Below, one piece after another: positions 1 through 13,859 of a stretch of 64,000 nucleotides of DNA. This DNA comes from Epiperipatus broadwayi. Lineage: Eukaryota; Animalia; Onychophora. A program made the position numbers and the translations under genes. Position 1 is the stretch's first letter. Each line of letters begins with the position of its first letter. The stretch is from positions 1,674,001 to 1,738,000 of the forward strand of contig JAQFVV010000010.1 in the NCBI GenBank assembly GCA_028023455.1, written 5' to 3'. Below the pieces are notes generated by a model. The model was given only the letters and a program-made list of their open reading frames with translations, searched no databases and was not told where the DNA came from.

Positions 1-1074
1 AAGATTGTTGACTTGCTGACTTGTATATGAAAGAAATATGTTTTAATTCAAAGATTTCTATGAAAAAGTAATTGCCAATATAGAAAGTGCATTGGATTTT
101 TTAGGCTACAAAGATGTTGAAATGATTCATCTTAGTTAAATGTGGTTCTCAAGAAGATGAGAGACATTGTATTCTCATCTGAGTCACATATACCTAGAAA
201 ATATCTCAACAAAAAGTGCACTGGTTTATCAATGGTAGTAATCAAAGAAAATAATTTCCATTTTAAACTTCTTTTTATTTCCTGTTACAAAGCTAGTTCA
301 TTTTTATTTTGATTATTTTATTGTAATTTGTATTGAATTAAAAAAAATGGAACTTCTCATATGAAAAATAATAAATTTGTAGCATAATTTTTATTTTGGA
401 TCTTTAGTATTGTTTTCATAAAATCAATCAATGACATTTACAATTGACTGCATTTTTTGTCTCACTTTTCCAAAACCAAAGAAAGACAAATTCCAAACAA
501 ACCAGTCAATATAAATAATTTTTAAAAGATTTCAAATTATACATTTAATTTATAAAGTAATTTACAAGTCAATAAGAAACTTATACGTGACTGTATTTTT
601 TCTTTTCCCAACCCTCCAAATCCCATTTCCCCCATATTTTTTCAAAACCAAATAAGAAACTGCAAAGACAGTTTGAAAAAAATCTATCAATTACAAGAGA
701 TTTTCATTTAATTAATAAATTAATTTGCCAGTATTATGTAGTATTTTATGAGGTCATTTTTCCAAAAAAAAAAAAAAATATTAATTAGTTATCCCAAGAT
801 TGTTTAATCACATTGAGCATTGTTTAAAGAATCAGTAAATATAAAATGGAATGTAGATACTTCATTTTATCAGTACGTCATTTTTTATTATGTGACATTA
901 AGAATATATATTTAAACTCCATTTTATATTTATATTAACTACTTTCAGAAATTTATTTTACATTTTTATTTAATTATTTAATTTTATTCTATTTGTCTAT
1001 ACATGCATATATTGCATACAGTTTTTTTTTTAATTTTAGAGTGAAAAAATTATGTGATATCACTAAGTCATGAT

Positions 1075-1303
1075 TTAATAACAACAAGAAAAATAAAAAG
1101 CTAGCATTAGTCAGGTATGTGATTAGATGAAGAAATCTTGGGATAGCATCAAGAAAGAGATCATTACACAATCTTTCAAGAGGACTAGAATTTCTAATGT
1201 CATTGATGGTACAGAAGATGATGTAATTAATAAAGAAAGTAATGATGAGCCAGATGTTGAAGATAGTATTATGAATAAAAGTAATGGGGAGATTTCTATG
1301 TAA
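1075..1303 (+). mobile_element. pogo/Tigger-family transposase C-terminal remnant
   Basis: KASISQVCD*MKKSWDSIKKEIITQSFKRTRISNVIDGTEDD matches the pogo DDE_1 tail (W...W...SFK.CGISN.LDG.EDD). Confidence 0.75.
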
Positions 1304-2175
1304 AATAATTAATAAAATAACCTTTTTAATAGTAGTATTCTTATTTTCTTTTACTATTGTTGATAATATTCTTTATATATTTTTATAATAATTTTTTTTT
1401 AAAATCTGAAATTTTTACTAAAAAAAAAAAGTGTCATTTATATGTAGATGTGTGGTATATGCATGAAAATATAGTAATTTACCTTTTTTTATTTTCTACA
1501 AATTTGTTTTTTCTACCAAATTTAGTTAATAAAGATATTAAAAATAAAAGAATCTATAAATTATTAATATAACAGGGGAGGGGGGAGGTTAGTATAAATA
1601 TTTTATCATTAATTAATATATTTATTTAATATTGCATTTTATAAGTTTCATTTGTCTCCTTTTTCCATCATATTTACATTTATGTTTGATTTCATTTTAT
1701 TAGATAATTGTGGATACATAAAATAAAATTTTTATGAAAATGTTATATAATTTGTACCAAATAAATACAAGTTTTTATAAGAAAAAAAGGAAGAAATATT
1801 TTTCTATGATATTTATTAATAGATTAATCGTTTTGAAAAAAAAAAGATAAATGGGCAATTTACCATTAATAAATTGACAAAGATTATATAATTTCAATAG
1901 TATTAAAAATAGTTAAGTTCTAGAGATCAGTTTGAACTTTTCTCTTGGCTTTAATTTTTTATTTTAAAAATTATTACATCATCTTATTAAAATTTTCACA
2001 ATACAAGTAAATTATTACAAGTTTATAAAGTGAAAATAGACCCAACAAAATAAAAATAGATCATTATAAATACCAATTGTTAAACTTATTAAGAAAGGGG
2101 GAAAATAATAAATTATTAACATAATAGTTAATTTAAACTATTAAGAAAAAAAGTATAATTTCCATTTATAATTAC

Positions 2176-2298
2176 CATCATCAATGTTTTCTTCCAGTAA
2201 ATTTACTTCCAAAAATCCTTTTATAGTTTCCATTCTTGAATTTTCAGTTACGATAACATTTGCAAATGTTTGTAAACTATTTGAACTATTTGAAATTA
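2176..2298 (-). CDS. Internal phase 1-1 exon (VISNSSNSLQTFANVIVTENSRMETIKGFLEVNLLEENIDD), probably the same host gene
   Basis: Acceptor tatattttttag-type tract, donor GATG|GTAATT, 123 bp open; phase and composition match the 29923-30814 exon; linkage is inferred. Confidence 0.6.
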
Positions 2299-2504
2299 CT
2301 AAAAATATAAGAATTTAAACAAATTAGTCATCATTAATGATTTCTAAAGATATATAGATATATGTATATTAATTATGTTCTGGACTATTTCTATCATCTA
2401 ATATTAAATACCCTTAGAAAAACTAAAACTTTATTTAATCTTTCAAAATGCATTAATCTGTTAGTAGTAGCATATTAGTTAATATATACAGCAGCATTTT
2501 TAGG

Positions 2505-2630
2505 AGTATTACTCTCCTCTCTTTTTCAAACCAATGACAATACTAGCATGAGAATCGAACCTGGGCCTTTAGATTCTGAATATTGAAATTAAAATAATGA
2601 TTTAACCAACTACGCTATTCTGCCAAAAGC
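2505..2630 (-). mobile_element. tRNA-derived SINE (family S1)
   Basis: Reverse strand GGCAGAATAGCGTAGTTGG (A box) ... CAGGTTCGATTCTCA (B box); homologous to the copy at 2945-3075. Confidence 0.65.
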
Positions 2631-2944
2631 AGAATCCCTTATGCCATAACAAATTTTAACTTTTACTTTTTAATTCCATAATCCATTGTATTAAAATCAT
2701 TAGAATTTTAAAAATAAACGTCAACAGAATATTGAGTTTTTCCAAAAGTGATACATATTTTATATGGATAAACAAAATTATTTTCTTTAAAAGTGCTTTT
2801 GCAGTATGTCAAAATTTTTTTGTATAAGTATATAGGCATTACCATGTGTTTTGTTTAAACAACAAATGGCTTCCTCTCTTTATAGATGCATTTATATATA
2901 AATAATAACTTTGATTATACCACTAAATAGTAGCAATAATGAAT

Positions 2945-3075
2945 CCTTTTTGGCAGAGTAACTCGGTAAGAGCATTATTAAATTCAATATTCAGAATCTA
3001 AAGTTCTAGGTTCTATTCCCATGCTAGTACTGTGCTGATCAGCCCACAATACCTGAAGAAGAGAAGAGAATAATA
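2945..3075 (+). mobile_element. tRNA-derived SINE (family S1), head-to-head with the previous copy
   Basis: ggcagagtaactcggt...aatattcagaatctaaag..taggttctattccccatgctagt aligns to the reverse complement of 2543-2624. Confidence 0.6.
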
Positions 3076-6000
3076 TCATTCAAAACATTGTGTCATATAC
3101 TAACCTGTGTCATATTACTAATTGTTGAATCTATTTGGAAAGTTTAAATAAAGTTTGAATTTTTTTAAAGACATTCAACATTTCATATTAGATGATGGAA
3201 ACAGTCCAAAATATAATTACTATTAAAAGGCTATTATCACAAACTGTCACACAAATAATATATGTATGTGTATATGTCTATGAATATGCACGTATACTAA
3301 TATAAATCAAAATACCTATGCTAGTAAAATATTTCTTTGTCACACAGTATTGCCTTTGCATAGATTACAAATCACATAGTGCATGCAATAATATTCATTA
3401 TGTATATATATAGTACAAATAGAAAAATATGTTAAAATCAGCATCCATTTTAAAGAACATACCATATTATTGGGCAGGCATTCTACATCTGATTAAAACT
3501 GACAACAAGATATGCTGACATCAAAAGTGCATTCATCCAAGACAACACTAATCAGTAATTGGATCACTGCTAGACCACCTGCTATTATAAATTTCTATAG
3601 TTTAATTACTCAAAGTATGATCTCAATGATGTAATATTGATGAGATGGTTTTATTTCATCAAAAATAATCACTCTTATTTATTGAACTGCCCATAAAAAT
3701 AATATTGGCTAGCACAAATCAGCTTTATCTCTTTTGATGCTAAGAATGCTCCTATAATTTCTGGCATTACATTCTTGATTCAAAGGACTGATTTGTGTAT
3801 CCTTATTATTTCTTAAATATTAATTTTCATTTAGTGAACAATGCATGGTATTGCACAAATTACAAGCACTTTGAACTCTTTTCTGTATATTAGATGACCC
3901 ACAATGAATTATTGTTTCTTGCCCTGTGTGATTCTTTGCAAGTTCAATGAGGCTAAGAATTGAATGAAAATTGCATGTAATTATTATTTTTAAATCTTAA
4001 AACAACAATTTAATGAAATAAGAATTAATTATTAAATAATAACAAAATTTGAAGCATATACAAAATCACATTGTATTTTCATATTGTAACCATATATTTA
4101 ACTCTGTGGCTTTAGATATATGCTGTAATGCATTAAAAACTTTTTTATAGATTATAATAAATAAATTTCTTTATTATTATTATTATAATAAAGTCTTAAG
4201 CTAAACTACATCAGTAGTTTTAGAGTCCCAGCACTCCACTGAGGTGAGCCATAAACTCAAAACTGGTTCATCTGGAGATAGGGATTTTCCAATAGAGATT
4301 TTGAATTCTTTCTCTTTTGGCATTTATAAAATAAAGCTTGATTAGAGCTATTGGTAAGCTCCATCTAGTGATCATTGTTATGAAATTTATGACTTATTTT
4401 ATATATATATAAAGAATATATAAATCAATAAGTTTAAATTGATTAAATAAATCATTTATTTATTCATTCCATTCAATTAATAAAGTTCATTTGTATTTTA
4501 ATTTTCAGTCTAGATGACATATGATTGAAGTCTGGATTGATAAATGTCAAGGTCAAATTATTCAATTGTAAAAGACAAAAATACACTAGTAATTTATATA
4601 TTATGATAAAATACTTGAAGGGGATTTGTTGAGATATATCACACTACATGAAATGCAGTAAAAAAATCTTGATGTGCATGTGTGTATAAAAGAAACACAG
4701 ATTATTATAAGAACTATCTAATCTTATTCTTCTTCATTTCACTATATTTTTAAATTGATTGGTTTTATTTAACTTTTTTTTTTTTTACAATTTTTTGAAT
4801 CAGTTTTAAAATGTTACGTTTAATTTTTTTCATTTCCATGGCTGAATAGAAAATAAGAAGTTATCCATGGCTGTACTACCTATGATGTATGTTCAATCAG
4901 TAATTTTCAAAAGAAGTTAATAGAAAAAAACAATACACATGAGGAAAAGTATGTTATTTATTTTTATACTAAAGCATTAATTAAATTTGAACTTTTTCTA
5001 TAATAATTATCTTCAACAATTTAATTACTCTTTTAATTAGTTGTTAACACTAATTTTAATTGCTAAGGAAGTTATTATATTTATGCCAAATTAAAATATG
5101 AAAATGATGAACTACCATTTAAGTACTGAGTTTATTAAAAAGTGAAGGAATGACAATTATTTAAACTTGTATTATAAAATTATAATGAAAGGCAAAATCA
5201 TAAAAATCAACCTTTTAAATATCTTAAAGAAAAACTTTATTCAGATATTTTCATGCTAAGATGAGTAAGATAATGGATTAACATAATTATCTGTTCCAAG
5301 TTCATCTATCTATTCATTAGAATAGTCTTCTATATTGCTTATTTGTTTTAAATATATTGCTTTACATTTTTAAAAAAATGATTTAAGCTTATGTCATCAT
5401 ACTTAATATTGCTAAAGTGTCAACTTATAATATAAAACTTTATAAAGAAAAGTTGTTAATTAATATTCTCTTTCTGTTTATTTCTCCTTTAATTTGTATT
5501 ACATATTATTATTAACTAAATAAAGTGAAATAACTGATTAACATACCGTTTAATAGCATGACAAGAAATTGTACTTATAAGCTAATTGACTTTTGTAGAT
5601 TAATTTTTATATGCTTAGTGGTGTGATAAATAGACAAAACTACTATCTCTTGACATACCTGCTTGTAAATAGACTAAAAATAAATCATTATTCATCAAAA
5701 TATTTCATTAGATTAGAGATATTAATGAAGCATTATTTAAAAATAATGCTTATTCTTTCAGTTTAACAGTTTGTGTTCAGTCTTTAGGTATTTGCAGAGT
5801 TGATTCTTTATCATAGTTATGATGGAAGGTTTAAGTCACAGTTCTGGTTTGATTAGAGTTATTCATCAGTGATTTCCTCTTGATTTAATAGCTGGTTCTT
5901 CTGGTAAAACTAAACATCAAATTTTTATTTATCTCAGATGGATTCATAATGGTCATATTTGGTTGGTTTTTTCTGTTGTTGATGGCTTCTTTTTAGGGGG

Positions 6001-9000
6001 CTCAGTGAAGCATTTTCAGCTTGTGCTCTGCCAGCTTGACAGAGTAAAGCAGATAAGTTTCTCTACTCTTGCATGACAGATTTGCTGGAACTATCAGATA
6101 AGAATTAACTAAAGCAGAACAATAATAATAGCCAGAATGATAATCACTGGCAGGATCAAGATAGAATAATCATGAATATAATTTCCAGCACTATTTATAT
6201 GATTTTTAGCTATCTTATCAGTAAAATTTGGATCTCTTGTCATTTGGATCCTTTGATTTATTAGCCATAGATAACTCCATTACTTTTGCTGAGTTCTGAA
6301 TCTATTTGTTCAATACCCTATTTGCAAACTGTCAACTTTGAGTTGAAATAACAGCATTTTAAATTTATAATACTAAGCTTGCATTTTATACACAATTAAT
6401 GAAGCTATACATAACATTTGATAAGCTAAACATTTTCAGAAATTTACCCTCTTAAACTTAATATAGTAGATCTGTTTACAAGCATTTTAATTACTTTTTC
6501 TAGAATATCATTTCCATCTTTTAACACCTTTTTCTTTTAAACTACTTTTAGATAAAATTAGTATCAATTATCCTTTTCTTTTTATTAACTTTAGAAAATA
6601 ATGTTTTTAACACAAATTAACTTTATAATTAATTACACTATATACATTATCTGTGCATTTATAATAGATATTTAATTTTTATTTATAAAAAATTATTAAA
6701 ACTTTTAAACTTAAATTTTGTTCATAATTTTTAACATTAGAACATGAAGGGTATATGTGGGCATATATATAGCTTCAGTATTATCAAGTATATAATTTTA
6801 TGAATAGTAATTCCATAGATATTGGTGAAGTTAACTAAGATTAAAATTAGTGTTTACATTACTATGCCTAAAATTATATACTTGATAATATATGACAAAT
6901 GCTTTCAATTCATTTATATTATGACTTAAATGCAACATACAAAAAATATTAATGCTAGGATGAAGGGGAGACATAATGTCACATCGTCATGTACAAAATC
7001 TAATTTTATCCTTGCAAGACAGAAAGTATGCCGTCCAAAATCTCAAAAAAAAAATTACATTATATCTAAAAAGAAAATAAATTTCCTATAAATTTAGAGT
7101 TTGTTTATATTTCAAACCTAGGTCTTTTCAAATTGAAATAATTAAATTTTAATCTGTATGTATATGATTATTAGGTATTGTGTATATACGTCAAATCTTG
7201 AATCATAAATCCCACTATTAATTTACTTTTCTAGAACAATTATTTCTAGATTTCATGTGTAATTTATCCATGGATATCATTGTAGAAATTTTTTTTTAAT
7301 TGTTGGTATTCTTTAAACTTGATGTATAGGTAGATACTAGAGTGTCAAAGCAGTTTAATTTTAAGTATAGTTAGCACAGTCTTTGTTCTTATCCTAATTA
7401 CAATGGGGAATATATCGAAAAGTATTCTTCTATATTGGGATCTTACTTTTTACTTCTACGAACTTAAGGATAAGATTTTTCCTATTGATGCAGCTGAGCT
7501 GATAAACAATGATCATATCTATTTACTTCATTAACTTCCTGGTGATCTGCATTGAGTTTGACTAAATTATTTCTGACACTTAAAATCTGATCTCTGGAAT
7601 CTGTTAAAATGTCTTTTTTAAATGATTTTTTAATATATATAATCTTTCTGTTCTGTTGCCCATATGTTTTTTCAAACTCAGAAGCTAATCCACCCATTTG
7701 CATAAGCTATTTTTCAAAAGTTTCACCAATTTTATCATTACTTTGGCTTTTAAATCATTAATTATATGTGACTTTCGAGGCCAACAGATTGTTTTAACAC
7801 AATTTAATTTCCTATAATTAATTTAATCATAAATTATTATTTTCTCCATCAGTGGAATGCCTTTAAATATATATATCTCTGGCAATTATATTTTTTAACT
7901 GATCAAATTTACCATTACAAGGTAAACCTATCTGAATTAACAAAGATTGACCTCCTATGAACATGGAATTTATGCAGTTTATAATTCTTACATGAACATT
8001 AAATATGAAAATTATTTTAATTTCCAGTTTTTAATAATTCCTTACCCAAGCCTCTTTTCATTTTTTCTTACAGTCACAATGCTTCAAATAATAAACAGAT
8101 GATGTAATGAAAATTATTTAATATTGTAAATTTGTCTTAACATACACACATGTACACAGACTACATACATGTATGAAATATAATTTTAATAAAAAATAAA
8201 TGGATATTTATTTATTTTGTCATCATTTTATTTAATCTTTTGTGATGTTAATGCCATAATATCAAAATCTTTATTTTTAAATTTTCTAAGTAAAATTCCT
8301 GCATATTTTATATTAATTTAGTTGAACTTTATTGGTATTGTGACTGATTTATGTTCACCACAATACAGTATATCTCCCACGAGTTGGAAACAACTGATTT
8401 CCATTTTGAACTCAGTTTCTAAGCTATGCTGATTTATTCTGTGTTATATTGATTCAAGCTTGTAATTACCTTGCTATATTTTTCTGATCTTTTATATATG
8501 TCAAGGCTTCATGCTACATATGTTTTATTTGTTTCATTCTTTGTTTCATGAATAAAAAGAGGTAAGGTTTGGGGTTGTCTTATGGTATTTGTGGTATAAT
8601 CAGATGAAAGTTTTTTAAATATATGACAAGTTGTTCTCAATTCTTTAGAAAATGTCAACAGCGATACTCATGATAGACAAATATGGATGATTAATTTCTT
8701 CAACCATTGGTTTTCTTTGGCCTGTCAATAGATTGGTAGGTCTATCCTTCAGAAAATTATTTATATCTCAGAATTTCAAATCAATATTAGAACACTAATC
8801 ATTCTCATTTATGGTTATTAATTGGAGACACTTATGTTTTGGAAAGCTCAAAATGTATCGGAAAGAATCACTTATCATCACAAAAAAATTTTGTATAAGA
8901 AAATATATACCAAGATACTAAATCCACTTCAAGCATAAACTTAATAGTTAAATTTAAGAACTACTATTACAATTAAGGGTGAACATTTATTCTTTAAATT

Positions 9001-10305
9001 TTAAAAAACAAAATTATGCAAAAAAAAAATTGACAAGCAAACAAATCAAACAATTGTAAACAATAAGTATTGAAATACAAATTATAATTCTAAATAACCA
9101 AGAATCCTTTTTCTTTTATTATAAACTAGAAAATTATTTTTATGTTTAGTCTTTATCAAAATAATTTCACAATAAATAATCACCTAAGAACTTAAAGGGA
9201 AGTGATTCATATATCTTATAAAAGTCATTCAAAAGTATTTATAACTAAAGTCAAACAGACATTTCATTTATCTACTATACTTTATTTTTCATCTTATTCC
9301 ATAGTATGAATACCACTGATTATAAATTACAGATATTTGATGAATGTGACATAAGCAAATTTATATATCTCATCTAGAAAAAAATATAAAATATGATTGT
9401 ACGAACCACATCAATTTACTGCAATACTATTTTACTATCTGCTCATGCAATACATTACTTTTTTATAACATTTAAAATCTTTAAATCTATTATATTTTAT
9501 TTAAACCATTAAATAAAACTGTACTATTTACAAAATTAAATAGAATGCTCATTACACATTATTTTAACCTTTTACTCTTAATAAAAGTAAAACTCATTGG
9601 GATATGAATGAATGAATGACAAAAATTAATTAGACAAAATTTAACTTCACATGAAAGTAAAAAAAAAATTTTTTTTTTCATAATATAAATTACAAGATAT
9701 TCAGTAAAAGGTATTAATAATGATCTAGAAATATTTTAGTTTCAAATGGAAAAGAAAAAAGGAATACTATATTTAGCAAACATTATTCATCTCTTTCTCT
9801 GGCTGTCTATGGTACTCTTTTAGTGCCCAAATGTTACATAATTAGATATACATGCAGCTTTAGGATCTAGGACAAAATTACAGAGAATAGCATGCTTAAT
9901 GAAAATAACGGTTAAATATAATATATATATATAATCACATTGCTGTTGAACAGAACTACTTATCTAAAAAAATTTTGGTTTACTCTGTGTTAGAAATGTA
10001 ATATTAAAGACACATTTTATACAGTTAAACAGGTGAATTTTGCTTAGAATTTTCATTAAAGGTAGAGTATTAGAATCCATTGAAAACTGGTGTATATAAG
10101 ATAGACTTCCAGGAAAGTTTAAAAAATATCAAATGCAATATAGATTTGAATTTCGCATTCGTCTAGGTTTTTCCAGTTGCGAACAATATTTTTTTGTACA
10201 GTATTTAATTTTTTTGTTTCTTTTCTCACACTTTCTCAACAATTATTTAGAACCGAATTAATTTTAAAATATGATAAAAATTTGTCCTCTATCACATCTT
10301 ATGAA

Positions 10306-10690
10306 TGTCTGTGCATATAAACTATGTTGTAAAGAAATACCGTTTATTTCTGTAAATACGTATAAATTATTTCAGTATTAAAATTATTCCCCCTTAAAAC
10401 TACTCAAGAAAATCTATAATAATACCGTTTATAGTAAATTAATTTGATCAAAATTTGTATGCAAATATAAATATTTGCATACAAATCAGAAAATTTAAAT
10501 TAATAAACACCGGCGCAATGAATTATAGTAAGTACTGATTGTCAGATAAAATATTTATCGCTAAAGAGTAAATAATAAAAAATCTAACCATGACCGCAAT
10601 GAGAATTTAGTAGCAGGATTTTATTTAAGAAAATGATAAATCATGTGTGTGGTGTAACCATTCAAATGAAACATTAAAGAGTTTTAATAA
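10306..10690 (+). mobile_element. Partial solo LTR of the gypsy family whose LTR is at 23160-23977
   Basis: Starts tgtctgtgcatataaa; colinear with 23160-23640 (ttatttcagtattaaaattatt, aaaatttgtatgcaaatataaata, gtcagataaaa). Confidence 0.7.
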
Positions 10691-10940
10691 ATAATATTTT
10701 CGTAATATAATTTTTACTACACCACTCTTTTAACATCTTGTGGAGGAGTGCAATCATAAACATATGACCAAGATGCACATTTCATATTGAACAACCATAC
10801 AATCTCTTACAAATATATTTTATCATTGTTCAGTATATATAGATAGCCAATTATTGCAGTTTTATTGATGTGTCAAACTTATTGTCCCACAACTTTGACC
10901 CTAACCACTTAATGGAAGAATATTAACCGTTAAATTGTAC
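10690..10940 (-). repeat. Inverted copy of repeat family F2
   Basis: Reverse complement aligns with 12590-12730 and 13066-13180 (actgaacaatgataaa; cttggtcatatgttta; cctccacaagatgttaaaag). Confidence 0.7.
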
Positions 10941-11747
10941 AATTTATTATTGGCTGAGTGAATTAAAAATTCTAAAGTTTGATTAAACAAACTCAGTCGT
11001 AAAAATATATTCATCTTTTAATATTACATTCATTTTAGTTTCGTTTGTTAAAAGTATATTAATAACTTGTCAGGTTATGAAAGTAAACGAAAGTTTTTTC
11101 AAAAATATTTTTTTTTATATAATTATAAAAATATTCGATAGCGGAAAAAAAAAATCGTAATACAAGTGTTTGCAAACGTCATTCATTTACCTCCTCAATT
11201 TACGTTATTATAAAAGTTAAGAATTTTTTAGTGAAATCTTAACATTTTTCTAAAAATAATTATATTTTCAGCATATTTTACCAAAATACATTATAATATG
11301 TAAATAAATGCCAGAAAAATATTCTAAAACATTAATTTTTATTTGAAAATCAAATAAACAGCTTTGGGCAATTTAAACTTTTGACAGGATGTCGAAATTG
11401 TTGCAATTCACAGGTTTCTTTTTCAATTTACGTTCGTGTAAAGTATACAATTTTTTAATAAAATATTATTATTATTGTAAAATAACTATATTTTCAGCAT
11501 ATTTTATGAAAATAATTTATAATACGTGCAAAAAATAATAATAAAAACACTCTAAAACATATATTTTCATTTTCAGCGGTGAAAATTATTCATCGGCGAT
11601 CTTTTTTGGATCAAATAATCATCAGCCAATCAGCGTTTAGAACGGACTGCCTCTTCCTTTTATTAGACGTTAACGTCACATATATTGATTTTTTACTTGT
11701 AAAATAATTCGAGAGAGGGCAGCATCTTACGGGACTTTTTGTAAAAA

Positions 11748-12230
11748 AAAAGTTTAAATATATATAGAAATAAACAGAATATTAGGTTCGAGTTAATATA
11801 TGATAATAGTAAGGAAAGTAGTTTATTGTTTAAGGCTCGAACGGGATCTTTAGCAACAAGAGAATATACATGTAAATGGAAAAATATGGGTGATTTATTC
11901 TGTAAATTATGTAAGGAAGGAATAGAAAATATTAGGCATCTGTTAATTGAATGTAAATGCTTGAAAACAGAAAGGGCACATATAATGAAGTTATGGAAGA
12001 ATAAATATGAAAAAAGTGATTATACAGAAAGTGGATTATTGGTGTTTATGTTGGATTTGGGAAAAGATAAGGGGGATTTAGATATAAATGCCATGGAGTT
12101 GACAAAGATTATGTTGTGGAAATGGGATGGAGCAGAATATGGGAAAACGTAGATTGGGGAATGTAAAATAAAGTAACTAACAGGTTTCTCTGGGCATAAT
12201 TGCTGAGAGATTCTTGACTTCGTTTAAGGA
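11748..12230 (+). mobile_element. 5'-truncated non-LTR retrotransposon 3' end (CCHC zinc knuckle after the RT)
   Basis: Open frame KSLNIYRNKQNIRFELIYDNSKESSLLFKARTG...CKLCKEGIENIRHLLIEC, typical of a LINE ORF2 C-terminus. Confidence 0.8.
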
Positions 12231-12364
12231 GAAGCTAACAATACATCACATCACATAAGCCTTAAAACAAGCGTAAAAACAGTACCGTAGCTCAACAAGT
12301 GGCCGATTTCGAGCGACCTAAAGCCATTGACGTGGATTAGCGTATAGAGTTGAGTAATTAGACA

Positions 12365-13215
12365 TTTATTAGACTAGAGATTATCCACTTAAAGAATAAT
12401 ATTTCTGTAATATAATTTTCACCACACCACTCTCATACAAGGTAGGGAATAATTTCTATCCACTTTTAACACCTTGTGCAAATGCCCCTATCTTGCATGA
12501 GAGTGATGTAGTGAAAATTACTCTACAGAAATATTATTCATTACAGAAGATAATCTCTAGTCTAATGAATGACTAATAAAATTTACTAATATATTTTCAT
12601 CAAATGGTTTGTGTCAAAGCTGTGAGGACAGCGAATTTGATATTTATCAATTAAACAGTAGTAATTTGCAATCTATATATATATACTGAACAATGATAAA
12701 GATATGTGTAAGAAATTGCAATCTGTGCCAACTTTTGAGTACTGATCCAGCACGAAATGTGAATCTTGGGGATCATACATCTTTTTCACATGTCACACAG
12801 AGACTAAACTCTCCATACAGTAGCACCACCAGTGCAAACCAGAGTAATCAATGGATGCAAGGTTATTGTATAAAATCCCTATCTAGTGCCTACTCATCCA
12901 ATATCCCCACATTAGTTTCTAACTTGTGGCGTTCATCAATGTGGAGCCTTGATTACTCTCACTTGCACTGGTGGATTACTGTATTGAGAGTTTAGCCTTT
13001 GTGAAAACAGCTTGTGTAAGCATAAGAAATGGTGTTCATGTGATGTTTAATGTTTTTTCACATGTCTTTGGTCATATGTTTATTACTTTCCTCCACAAGA
13101 TGTTAAAAGCAGGTAGAAAACAGTTCCTATCTTGTGTTAGTGTGGTGTAGTGAAAATTACACTATGGAAATATTATTGATTAAGTGGATAATCTCAAGTC
13201 TAATGAATGACTAAT
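12365..13215. mobile_element. Non-coding repeat family F2 with inverted-plus-tandem (pLTR-like) architecture
   Basis: Palindrome 12365-12575 (arms about 85 bp); the same terminal segment recurs in direct orientation at 13115-13215; interrupted by an F1 insertion. Confidence 0.6.
12795..13053. mobile_element. F1 hammerhead-bearing element, internally deleted foldback
   Basis: Perfect 13-bp TSD tttttcacatgtc (12782-12794 and 13054-13066); homologous to 38743, 40262 and 62351; decayed HHR on the minus strand at about 12904-12945. Confidence 0.8.
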
Positions 13216-13859
13216 AAAAAATTTAAAGCATTTTGTTTTTATACAGAAAAGTTACTATTGAAAAAAACATTTAATTTGCTAGAAAATAGTTACTACTAAA
13301 AGTAAGGTCTACAAGCATTGATTTTTAATGTACACACGTGCATGTTTGTGTACTGTCTGGTTTATATGTTTATTAGTAAAGATATATTTATATATGTGCA
13401 TGTGCAAAGTTGATCAATATAGGTACTGTTGTGTCACTCTAGAAATAATGATATGCAAAAAAGTAGAATTAAGCAAACTTTAAGTAACCTGCATATTCTA
13501 ATTTATATAACAAATTATCTAACAATATGCAAATTAGCAGAGTTGTTAAAAATGTCTGAAGAACTTCTAATGGGGACAAGAAAAAAGCAGATCAGTCAAA
13601 GTAATAGAGCAGAATGAAAGCAATATAATGCATGCAATATAGTTAGTGCAATTGCAGACCAGATAGTGCTGAAGAAAAGAGATGCAGTCAGATCCAATTA
13701 GGCTGACTCAGAGATCTGGGTGAGCAGTAAGGTGCTTCCTTTTTAAAATTATTAGTGAAAATTAATGCAGTAAGTTGCAGAAGTGAAATGATGTACATTA
13801 ATGAAGAGCATAGATATTAAAAGAAGGACTTTTAATAAAATGTAAAAACAGAGTTTAAA

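Noticed and set aside
50-260. Possible Tigger C-terminal remnant
   Set aside because: Suggestive translation only; no diagnostic motif
3420-3980. Possible LINE RT fragment on the minus strand
   Set aside because: No YADD or QG motif found; resemblance too weak
6085-6180. Transmembrane-like run YSILILPVIIILAIIIVLL suggesting an env gene
   Set aside because: Interrupted by stops, and hydrophobic runs arise easily from AT-rich codons; another frame looks equally protein-like
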